Below are positions 56,324 through 64,000 of a stretch of 64,000 bases of DNA, in pieces. A program made the position numbers and the translations under genes. The notes beneath the pieces are model-generated. The model saw only the letters and a list, made by a program, of their open reading frames with translations. It was not told the DNA's origin and searched no databases. Position 1 is the first letter of the stretch. Each line of letters begins with the position of its first letter. Location: the NCBI GenBank assembly GCA_043811535.1, contig JBDRNC010000038.1:1-64000 (forward strand), in the 5' to 3' direction. The DNA is from Elusimicrobiota bacterium. GTDB lineage: Bacteria; Elusimicrobiota; Endomicrobiia; Endomicrobiales; JBDRNC01.

Positions 56324-57550
56324 ATGAATATAAAACGTCTCCCGTTGCGCTATTTAATAGCTATTATCGTTTTCATTGGGTATCCTCTTTCTTGGTATTT
56401 CATAGCAAAGGCATACAATTATCCTGATCCGTCGGGGGTGGGCATATTATGGGCGTATTTAAATATCCCAGGCATGCCAATTTACAACCTTTGTAGAATA
56501 TTTGATGTAAATATTAATTCTAAACTGTTATTTTATGGCCCTATTTTAGCAACAGGATTAATATATGGGTGTACAGCCCTATTCATAAGTAGTTTGTTCT
56601 CGAAAAAGAGTAATATTTGGGAAAAATATAAAATACTAGCATGTTTGATAATGTTGATAGCTGCTTTTCGAATTGCTCCAATATGTGCAAATAAACTCCA
56701 ATCAATTTATGCACTTAAATCAGCTAGTAGATGCTTAAATCAAGAACAACAGATACTTGATAAACTTGACATGTCGTTTATTAGGTACTACCGTGGCCCA
56801 AAAGGTAATATTAGGCAGGAATTTGTTATATCCGGTTTTGATGGTCGGGATCAAAGGACGCTTCTATCCTTTGAGGGTTCTAAAGGGAATGGCATATTCA
56901 ATTATTGGTGGTTGAAGAATAATATTATCCTATTCGATGGTCGTTACTCAGGGAATCCGGGTATATTTATGGCAAATCCTATTACTGGCAAAGTATCGCG
57001 TATTTTGCATACAAAAACGGAAAATATATATCCTTCATTTTACGAGCCCGAAAACAAAGTATGTTATATTGAAAATGGGCAAATATATATTTATGACATA
57101 AATATGCAGAAATCATATGCTATTTGTAAAACAAATGGTTTTGCATTAAAATGGTCACCTGACGGAAAAAAGATACTGTTTTGTCGGAAGAAAAGTGTAA
57201 CATCAACTGACATTATGTTGCTGGATATCGGCAAGAGGGATTTGATAACATTATATTCGGGTGGCGAATATTATTATGCTCCTGTTTGGAAAGATATTGA
57301 CAAGATCGGGTGTTATATACATGGGAAGGATGAGTATGTCACCTTCAAATATACATCAAAGGGATTGAGGGAAATTGATAGAGTGCCAATGTCAGAATCT
57401 AGCAAGATATGGAATAAAAGCAAGACAAAGTATCTAATCGTTGAAGAAACTTCTGATAGAAAAGCTTCTATACAGGCATATGACATATTAAGAAAAACTA
57501 GAAATATCATTGCTCAAACTGATGGGGTTGAACGCGTAGAATGGAGATAA
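56324..57550 (+). CDS. membrane protein with TolB-like beta-propeller
   Basis: Several N-terminal hydrophobic helices; WSPDGKKILF repeat motif; visibly AT-rich. Confidence 0.65.
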   Translation: MNIKRLPLRYLIAIIVFIGYPLSWYFIAKAYNYPDPSGVGILWAYLNIPGMPIYNLCRIFDVNINSKLLFYGPILATGLIYGCTALFISSLFSKKSNIWEKYKILACLIMLIAAFRIAPICANKLQSIYALKSASRCLNQEQQILDKLDMSFIRYYRGPKGNIRQEFVISGFDGRDQRTLLSFEGSKGNGIFNYWWLKNNIILFDGRYSGNPGIFMANPITGKVSRILHTKTENIYPSFYEPENKVCYIENGQIYIYDINMQKSYAICKTNGFALKWSPDGKKILFCRKKSVTSTDIMLLDIGKRDLITLYSGGEYYYAPVWKDIDKIGCYIHGKDEYVTFKYTSKGLREIDRVPMSESSKIWNKSKTKYLIVEETSDRKASIQAYDILRKTRNIIAQTDGVERVEWR

Positions 57551-57580
57551 GGTAGTACATCCATGAGAAGTGTGGACCGG

Positions 57581-57738
57581 AAAATGCTATAATGGTTTCA
57601 GGTTTCCGTCGAGGCAGGTTCGAATGGCGTTTACCAGGGGACCCTCCATCTCAAGCATTGAAAAATCAATCAGTTTTTGTTAATTTACAGCGACCCCTAA
57701 GGGGACGTTCGAACCTCTTCCGCAAGGAAGGGGTTTTT
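57581..57738 (+). repeat. junction 3 (att-like unit)
   Basis: Left arm 57617-57642, spacer, ACCCCTAAGGGGACGTTCGAACC, terminator CCTCTTCC-GCAA-GGAAGGGG-TTTTT. Confidence 0.85.
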
Positions 57739-57766
57739 GCTTATGTGGGCGTCAATGGAATCGAAA

Positions 57767-57862
57767 TACCCAACAATTAAGTTACTTGTGTCACTTGTTG
57801 GGTAATTAGGGTATTGACTATTGTTACCCAACAAGTTATAATATTCGCTATATTGTTGGGTA
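57767..57862 (+). promoter_or_regulatory. promoter overlapped by two inverted-repeat operators
   Basis: TACCCAACAA-N18-TTGTTGGGTA twice (57767-57804, 57825-57862); TTGACT 57814, 17 bp, TATAAT 57837. Confidence 0.8.
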
Positions 57863-57891
57863 ATTATAAGCGCTATGAAGGAGAGGTATAT

Positions 57892-58209
57892 ATGGCATTT
57901 TTAAAATCAGTTTTAAGAGAAGAATTGATGAATTCATTAGCTATGAAGAAAGGATATGAGAAAGCTCTTAAAGAGCTTCCGAGGGGTAGTTTGAGGGGAA
58001 AGAAAATAAGGGGGAAAATATACCATTATGCGGCAATGAGGGAAAATGGCAAATTCAAAGATGTTTATAAGGGAAAAATGTCAAAAGATAAAATAAAAAA
58101 GTATCAAGAAGCGAAAGAGCTCAGGGCAAAGTATAGGAAACTGCTGTCGCAAGTTAAAAAGCAAATAAAATTTCTAAAGGGAACTCTTCGTGGAAAAGAA
58201 GCAATATGA
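57892..58209 (+). CDS. small basic protein, putative antitoxin/regulator
   Basis: AAGGAGAGG RBS, LPRGSL..KKIRGKIYHY motif, Lys-rich, overlaps the downstream NTase gene. Confidence 0.65.
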   Translation: MAFLKSVLREELMNSLAMKKGYEKALKELPRGSLRGKKIRGKIYHYAAMRENGKFKDVYKGKMSKDKIKKYQEAKELRAKYRKLLSQVKKQIKFLKGTLRGKEAI

Positions 58210-58873
58210 GCTTTGTAAGGAAATTCTAAAACGGTTTCATGATAATGATATACTTCAGAACATAATTCTTGTAGGTAGTTGGTGTTTGCCGTTTTATAAA
58301 GAATATTTCAGGAATTGTGATTTTAGATATACTCTGAGAACACGAGATATTGATTTCCTGATACCGATTCCTTCAAAAATAAGAAGAAAAGTAGATATTG
58401 CTGCCCTTCTTAAAGATCTGGGATTCATTTTAACGCGCTCATATCCGGCAGGATACATAAGGTTGCAGCATCCCGATATAATAGTCGAGTTTCTTATTCC
58501 AGAGAAAGGGAAGGGTATGGACAAACCATTCCCTTTGCCGCAATTAGGCATTAATGCTCAGGGTTTAAGATTTCTTGATCTTCTGACACAAAATACTATT
58601 ACTGTAGAAGTTGAAAATGTGTCAATTGTATTGCCCCATCCTATTAACTTCGCACTTCATAAACTAATTATTTCTCAAAGAAGACAAAATGCAGAGAAAA
58701 CCGAGAAAGATTTGTCCGCGGCCGTGCAAATATTAGAGGCTCTAATAAAAATCGGTGAAAAAGAAAACATTAAGCGAGTATATACCTCGTTACCGAAAAA
58801 ATGGCAGCAAAAAATTACTGGAAGGTTGAAAGCCGGTAAGTATATGGCTATTTTGGAATGTATAATTCAATAG
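58190..58873 (+). CDS. nucleotidyltransferase-fold protein (GSU2403-like), putative toxin
   Basis: ILVGSW, RTRDIDF, VEFL, PHP.NFALHKLIISQRR..K.EKD. Confidence 0.72.
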   Translation: MEKKQYELCKEILKRFHDNDILQNIILVGSWCLPFYKEYFRNCDFRYTLRTRDIDFLIPIPSKIRRKVDIAALLKDLGFILTRSYPAGYIRLQHPDIIVEFLIPEKGKGMDKPFPLPQLGINAQGLRFLDLLTQNTITVEVENVSIVLPHPINFALHKLIISQRRQNAEKTEKDLSAAVQILEALIKIGEKENIKRVYTSLPKKWQQKITGRLKAGKYMAILECIIQ

Positions 58874-58929
58874 AATGAATTATGGGTTAGGACAACTGGT
58901 GTGGTATCCCGGATGAAATCCGAGCCAGT

Positions 58930-59147
58930 AAAATGCTACAATGATTTTAGGTTTCCGTCGAGACCCTCCTACGCCATCCTACGCTAAAGCTTCGGAATGG
59001 CTACGGAAGGGCAGGCAGGTTCGAATGGCGTTTACCAGGGGACCCCACGACTTAAATCACATTGAAATATCAATCAAATATGGTAAATTCCGTTTTGACC
59101 CTCAAGTAAACGCCATTCGAACCGCTCATTATCGTGAGCGGTTTTTT
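58930..59147 (+). repeat. junction 4 (att-like unit with nested REP-like insertion)
   Basis: TGCTACAAT, GTTTCCGTCGAGA, insertion 58964-59015, left arm 59018-59043, inverted arm 59106-59123, terminator. Confidence 0.85.
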
Positions 59148-59435
59148 ATTTAAAAGATAAATGATACAATTTTCAAGCGGGGAAGCGGCAGCACAGGACC
59201 TCGTGATTCGCTACGATGACCAAGGAATAGTCGTTTCATACACCTATAATACCACTGAAGACCAACAATGATGGCCTCGACTCACCTTTCTAAATTTGCC
59301 GCGGAATAGCTTATCGTGGACTGCCCCATTTGAAAACTGTACCAGCAAATTACTGATAATATAACGGGATAAATATTATAATTTAAACTTGACTATTCCG
59401 CCCAGCTTGTTGGGCGGTTACCGAATATTTCTTAT

Positions 59436-59560
59436 CCCCTGGTGGGAGAAAGGCAGGATGAGGGGGCTCTATGATGCTCACTCTCACCTCAATCCTCTCC
59501 CATCAAGGGAGAGGAAGAACAGACTAAGCACGTCTGATACCGCCTCCGCCGCGGCGGACT
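59436..59560. repeat. REP-like palindromes
   Basis: CCCCTGGTGGGAGA..GGATGAGGGGG..CTCACCTCAATCCTCTCCCATCAAGGGAGAGG; TCCGCCGCGGCGGA hairpin. Confidence 0.5.
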
Positions 59561-59924
59561 GGGCGGAGATTCATTTTACCATATTCCTACCTTCAAGGTC
59601 AGGCTGGATTACAATATTGAGGAAAGTATTGCTGCCGAGATGTCTTTGGCGGCTTTTTTTATTTCCAGGATGAGTTTGATACATAATCCACATTCTTAGG
59701 CTATATATTTGCCTTGAAAACCCAGCATTTGACCCCGTTAGAAGCATTTTCCCCTTGAAGATTGTCCTTTTCTATAGATGTATTTGAGCTCTGGCGGCCG
59801 GCTTTGAACGATACTGTTTCGCGCAAGGTCGCGAAAAAATATTTAGAATCGATGAATCATGAATCGCGAACCAAGAACAGCGGATCCGTCGAGAACTTGC
59901 CCCTATTTTTAAAGATTAGTAGTA

Positions 59925-60018
59925 ACTAAATATATTTAGCAGGGTATTGACAAAATGCTTCCGAAGATATATACTATAAAACACAACATAAGAAATATAC
60001 TACTAAATATGATTAGTA
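59925..60018 (+). promoter_or_regulatory. promoter flanked by two AT-rich palindromic operators
   Basis: CTAAATATATTTAG 59926-59939; TTGACA 59947, 17 bp, TATACT 59970; TACTAAATATGATTAGTA 60001-60018. Confidence 0.75.
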
Positions 60019-60034
60019 AACCTTTGGTAAACCT

Positions 60035-61048
60035 ATGGATAAGAAAATAAGGATCAAAGACATTGCCAAGGCCTTAAGGGTATCGCCTACCGCCGTATCC
60101 TTTGCGTTGAATAACAAAAGCGGCATAAGTCCGGAACTGAAAGAGAAGATCTTTGAGTACGCGACTCAGTCAGGATACATAAGGGGGATGAGCCCTTTGA
60201 AATCCGAATACATTGCTGAGATGTCCGCGGTTTCGGACAGTTCCATTCTTATACATGCCGGGATCACGGGTGTGCTGAAAAGGAACGGTTTCTTTGCCCT
60301 GCGCCATACTTTTTACGGCGATGAGTTGCTGGACGTCAGGAAACAGCAGATTGCTTTTGACAGAATATTGAGCGAAGACGGCATTAAGGGGCTGATTGTC
60401 GTCTTTTTGTCGCTGTCCGAGACGTTCCTTAATAAGATAAACAAGAAGAAGATCCCTATAGTGCAGATAAACGGGAACTCGCATATCGGCATCAATTTGA
60501 ACATAGACGAGGAACACGGCGGCTATATAGCCGCGAAACAACTCATAGAATACGGCCACAGGAAGATATGCTTCATATTCCCGGATTACTGGTATGACAA
60601 TATCTGGAACAGGAGAAAAGCCGGCTACAAAAAAGCCCTGGATGAAGCCGGAATAGAGTATGATGTCGATCTTATTGAACCGGAGAATCTGTTTACGGTG
60701 GAAAGCGCCGGGCGGGCCACAATGAACCTAATCAAGAGGAATACGGATATGACCGCTATCATATATGTAAGCGACAAGCAGGCGCTTGGCGGGATGAAGG
60801 TTATGGCTCAAAACGGGGTTAAGGTCCCGGATGATATCTCGGTAATAGGGTTTGACAATACTTACTTCTGCGATATATCCACTCCCACGCTGTCTTCCAT
60901 TGAAATGCAATTTGAAAAATGCGGGAGTATGGCGGCGGAATATTTAGTCAACGCGGTCAGGAAAAACTCAGTAAAGCACGAGACAACCATCCTGCGTCCC
61001 ACTTTGGTTCTCAGAGATTCCGTTAAAATTATCGGAAATATGAAATAG
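60035..61048 (+). CDS. LacI-family transcriptional regulator (paralogue of 51892)
   Basis: IKDIAKALRVSPTAVSFALNNKSG, VPDDISVIGFDN; same length and many shared blocks. Confidence 0.9.
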   Translation: MDKKIRIKDIAKALRVSPTAVSFALNNKSGISPELKEKIFEYATQSGYIRGMSPLKSEYIAEMSAVSDSSILIHAGITGVLKRNGFFALRHTFYGDELLDVRKQQIAFDRILSEDGIKGLIVVFLSLSETFLNKINKKKIPIVQINGNSHIGINLNIDEEHGGYIAAKQLIEYGHRKICFIFPDYWYDNIWNRRKAGYKKALDEAGIEYDVDLIEPENLFTVESAGRATMNLIKRNTDMTAIIYVSDKQALGGMKVMAQNGVKVPDDISVIGFDNTYFCDISTPTLSSIEMQFEKCGSMAAEYLVNAVRKNSVKHETTILRPTLVLRDSVKIIGNMK

Positions 61049-61071
61049 ATTAGGCCATTAAAGAGGTCATC

Positions 61072-61680
61072 GTGAACACAATCGGTAAACTGTGCGGTTT
61101 TGTTTTTATTTCATGCCTATTATTATCGTTAATGTCCGCGCGCAAACGCGCTGCCGATATGGAAGGCCTTCAGGATACGGCAGGAAATCCTTCCGGGGTA
61201 TCTGAAGGGCGGACGATGCTTTTTGACATGAGCAACACGGCCGGATGGCGCGTTTATAAGGACAAAAATGTCGCTGTGGAACTGAGTATACTGCAGGCTA
61301 AGGCCGGCAGGGCTCTTCAAGTGACGTATAACATGGGCGCCGGTATGTGGTTGGGGATAAAGAAGAAAGCGCCGATTGATCTTTCAAAATACGCGGGCGT
61401 ATCCTTCAAGTGCCGCGATGAAGGGGCGATCAACACCGTGGAAATTAAAGTTGAGGACAGCGACGGTTCTGTTTTTGGGACGGATGTCGTTTTTGAAAGC
61501 GGGATTAAGGATTTGAAGGAAGTGGAAATACCTTTTTCGTCGTTAGAATATTGGTGGGGAGGTGATGAAACGCTGGATCTAAAAAAAGCCACACTGCATT
61601 TTACCGTTTCAAAAAAAGACGATGAAGACGAAGGCGGGTACGGTATGCTCACTATAGGCCAGATTGAATTGTACAAATGA
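61072..61680 (+). CDS. secreted CBM11-like protein
   Basis: Signal peptide, EIKVEDSDGSVFG, LEYWWGGD, DEGGYG. Confidence 0.72.
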   Translation: MNTIGKLCGFVFISCLLLSLMSARKRAADMEGLQDTAGNPSGVSEGRTMLFDMSNTAGWRVYKDKNVAVELSILQAKAGRALQVTYNMGAGMWLGIKKKAPIDLSKYAGVSFKCRDEGAINTVEIKVEDSDGSVFGTDVVFESGIKDLKEVEIPFSSLEYWWGGDETLDLKKATLHFTVSKKDDEDEGGYGMLTIGQIELYK

Positions 61681-61748
61681 GACTACCTATAAGCGTATTA
61701 ATGAATCTCGCTCTTTGCAAGAGCAAATACTAACAAGGAGGATGTAAG

Positions 61749-62360
61749 ATGGTTAAATTAAGCAAGTTGTTCGGTTTTTTTATCGGTTTAGCTCTGCTTG
61801 TTTCTCTGGCGTCTGCGAAAGCCCCGGCTGCAAAACCTGCGGCGGCGACAACTAAATCTGCCGTTGCTGCCACCGTAATGCCTGAAAACGTAATTGATGA
61901 TATGAGCGCTGCTCCTGCGGGCTGGATAAAGGAAAGGGATAAGGGCACGACAATAACTCTCGCCGCCGGGAAAGGCCAGAAGGGAAAGGCTCTTGAAATA
62001 TCCTACAGCTTAGGTGACGAGGCAACCTGGTTAGGAGTCCGCAAAAAAATCAGGAGGGATATTTCGAAATACAAGGGAATAAGGTTCGCTGTCCGCGGCG
62101 AAGGATCGTCAAATTCAATTGAAGTCAAATTGGAGAATGCCGATTATTCCAATTTTGGGATAGTGCTTCCTGTCAAATCCAATACAAGCGAGTGGTCCGA
62201 CGTCGAGATTCCTTTCGCGGATTTTGAGTATCTTTGGGGCGACAGTAATGAGGTGAATTTGCTAAAGCCGTTGATACATATCACAATAGTCAAGAAGGAA
62301 TCGGATGACGAAGGGGGCGCCGGGAAATTCGTAATAGACCAGATCGAGCTGTACAAATAG
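61749..62360 (+). CDS. secreted CBM11-like protein
   Basis: AGGAGG RBS, signal peptide plus Ala/Lys linker, IDDM..GW, FEYLWGD, DEGGAGKFVIDQIE. Confidence 0.75.
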   Translation: MVKLSKLFGFFIGLALLVSLASAKAPAAKPAAATTKSAVAATVMPENVIDDMSAAPAGWIKERDKGTTITLAAGKGQKGKALEISYSLGDEATWLGVRKKIRRDISKYKGIRFAVRGEGSSNSIEVKLENADYSNFGIVLPVKSNTSEWSDVEIPFADFEYLWGDSNEVNLLKPLIHITIVKKESDDEGGAGKFVIDQIELYK

Positions 62361-62378
62361 TTATTTGATTTTTGATAT

Positions 62379-62432
62379 GCGGTAAGTTACAGGCAAAATG
62401 GGCAGTCCCCACTTGCCTGTAACTTATCCCGC
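62379..62432 (+). terminator. long intergenic stem-loop
   Basis: GCGGTAAGTTACAGGCAA..TGGGG-CAGT-CCCCA-CTTGCCTGTAACTTATCCCGC. Confidence 0.5.
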
Positions 62433-62599
62433 CACGCAGAAGACCACGGCCTTGGCCGTGGACGCTTACGCGTGCGGGATGTCGCCCCGCGATAGCGGTA
62501 GAGCTTTTGGCGCCACGGGCATGCCCGTGGGGACTCCATGCGCTCTGACGCGTCGTTTATGAAAAATATCTGCAGAAGTTCCGCTAACGGGAAGGTAAA

Positions 62600-64000
62600 A
62601 TGAAAAATTGTATTTTGTGCCTGCTGGTTCCATGTATGCTCGTTTCAAGTATTGCTGTTGCGGCAATCAAGCAGGAGCTGTCGCAGGATGATCAGGCATA
62701 TCTCCTAGGTATCGCTAAAGATACCTGGGCTTCCATCGATTACCTTGTGGAACCGAAAACAGGTTTACCCTATGACATATCAAGGAAAAAACCCACATAT
62801 ACCTCGGTAAGCAACATAGGCATTTATCTGGCCGCGGTTTCAATCGCTGTGGAAATGAATTTCATCAACAGAAATGACGCGGTGCAGAGGGTTTCCAAGG
62901 CACTTGACAGCGTGGAAAAATTTCCCGTTTGGAACGGTTTCACCCAAAGCTGGCATGACGTTTTAACCCTTCAGCCAAACACGGAAGACACCTGGATATC
63001 GATACTTGATTCCGGTAATCTTGCCGCCGGCTTCATCGTTGCCCGCCAGGAATTCCCCGAGCTGAAAAACAGGATAAGCAAGCTTCTCGAAGCTATGGAC
63101 TGGTCCAAGGTATACAACGCCAAGAGACAGCTGATGATCGGCGGTTACGACATGAAAGCGGGCAAGCTGAACAATAACTGGTTGCTGAACGTGATGGGGA
63201 CGGATGCCCGCGCCGCGTTCATTACCGCGATCGGTTCCGGCAAGGTTCCGCCGGAGATGTGGAAAAAGATCTCAAAGGGGATGGAAATAAAGTACGGAGT
63301 CAAATATTACAAGCCGGGATGGATGGGCGGCGGGCTGTTCATGCAGTTGATAGACTCGTGTTTCTTTGATATGCGCTATACAGAGCTGTGGAAATCAGCC
63401 GCAGCGTTTACTTATGCCCAGATGTTCCATGCCAAGGTCATCAATTCGCCGATCTGGGGCTGGTCGGCCAGCGATTCGCCGAACGAAGGATACCTCGGTA
63501 TCAACAGACTGCGTGATTATGTAGCGACCCCGCATGCCTCAGTGCTTCCCATATCTATTTTTCCGGAAGAATCCGTTGCGAACCTGAAAAAACTTGAAGA
63601 ACTCGGCGCCAGGCAGGAATACGAAGCTGACGGAAAGAAGTATGCTTTTGGTTTCAGGGATTCTATAGATTTCGTTAAAGGGCAGCCGACAAATACTTAT
63701 TTGATACTCGATCAGGGTATGCTGTTTCTGAGCCTGTGCAATTACTTGAGCGGCGGCAAGATATGGGAACTGAGCAACCGCGACCCCATAATCAAGAACG
63801 CAAGAAAATTAATCCCCGATTTACGGCCAAACAAAAAGGATTATGAGGAATTCATTTCGAAACTTTATTCAAAGAATATGTATGTTTCCTGTAAATCAGT
63901 ATACTCAAATATGGAATACAGGGCGGGAGATACGGTGAAGTGCGATATATCGGTCATATGCGACGACCCTGATGTGTCAGGTGAATATAACGTAATGTGG
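62600..64000 (+). CDS. glucoamylase-like (GH144/GH189-related) hydrolase, paralogue of 53788, truncated by window end
   Basis: Read manually (absent from ORF track): MKNCILCLL..YLLGIAKDTWASIDYLVEPKTGLPYD..TSVSNIG..ISILDSGNL..WGWSA. Confidence 0.78.
   Translation, partial: MKNCILCLLVPCMLVSSIAVAAIKQELSQDDQAYLLGIAKDTWASIDYLVEPKTGLPYDISRKKPTYTSVSNIGIYLAAVSIAVEMNFINRNDAVQRVSKALDSVEKFPVWNGFTQSWHDVLTLQPNTEDTWISILDSGNLAAGFIVARQEFPELKNRISKLLEAMDWSKVYNAKRQLMIGGYDMKAGKLNNNWLLNVMGTDARAAFITAIGSGKVPPEMWKKISKGMEIKYGVKYYKPGWMGGGLFMQLIDSCFFDMRYTELWKSAAAFTYAQMFHAKVINSPIWGWSASDSPNEGYLGINRLRDYVATPHASVLPISIFPEESVANLKKLEELGARQEYEADGKKYAFGFRDSIDFVKGQPTNTYLILDQGMLFLSLCNYLSGGKIWELSNRDPIIKNARKLIPDLRPNKKDYEEFISKLYSKNMYVSCKSVYSNMEYRAGDTVKCDISVICDDPDVSGEYNVMW

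Larger units (their letters stand above)
41319..64000. mobile_element. tRNA-His-anchored tandem cassette array / genomic island (right end beyond window)
   Basis: tRNA-His 3' end and downstream flank repeated at 56165-56204 and 59042-59073; conserved junction units separate unrelated cargo blocks. Confidence 0.7.

Noticed and set aside
50121..59147. Classical integron attC sites or CRISPR repeats
   Set aside because: No RYYYAAC/GTTRRRY core pairs, no intI in the window, and units are separated by kilobase multi-gene cargo
57592..59673. Small ORFs 57592-57780, 58941-59153, 59389-59673 (also 50190-50372, 39545-39772, 157-348)
   Set aside because: They run through junction repeats, REP-like palindromes or promoters; no RBS or protein features
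53788..64000. Diversity-generating retroelement or recent duplication among the paralogues
   Set aside because: No reverse transcriptase; paralogues diverge throughout rather than by adenine-specific changes

Overview
Bacterial DNA in which every credible gene is on the + strand. The gene content suggests a diderm, Elusimicrobiota-like organism (inference only). The window has three parts. (1) 0.5-37.3 kb is a large glycan-utilisation locus without SusC/SusD. It holds two GH35, GH94, GH2 and a clan GH-A-like enzyme, many CBM11/CIA30-like proteins including a CBM-beta-barrel fusion, three PorV/PorP-like barrels beside proteins with T9SS-like C-terminal domains, and two LacI repressors. A GCAAACGTTTGC operator recurs at its promoters, and palindromic short-unit tandem repeats fill many gene junctions. 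(2) 37.4-41.3 kb holds a PAS-GGDEF-HD-GYP protein, an Omp85-type barrel, tRNA-Arg(TCT) and tRNA-His(GTG). (3) From the 3' end of tRNA-His to the window end is an integron-like tandem array of five cargo blocks: a complete pho/pst regulon; SBP-LacI-CBM-glucanase; an AT-rich beta-propeller gene; a nucleotidyltransferase TA-like pair; and a second LacI-CBM-glucanase module. The blocks are separated by a conserved junction: -10 box, arm GGTTCGAATGGCGTTTAC-YAGGGG-AC, a 52-59 bp spacer, AC plus a right arm, and a terminator. The arms rebuild a 50-bp symmetric attP-like site whose GTTCRAAT motif lies 5 bp further from the AC core than it does in tRNA-His, as in serine-integrase attP versus attB. No recombinase is visible in the window. 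All protein family calls come from motif recognition by eye, not from database searches.
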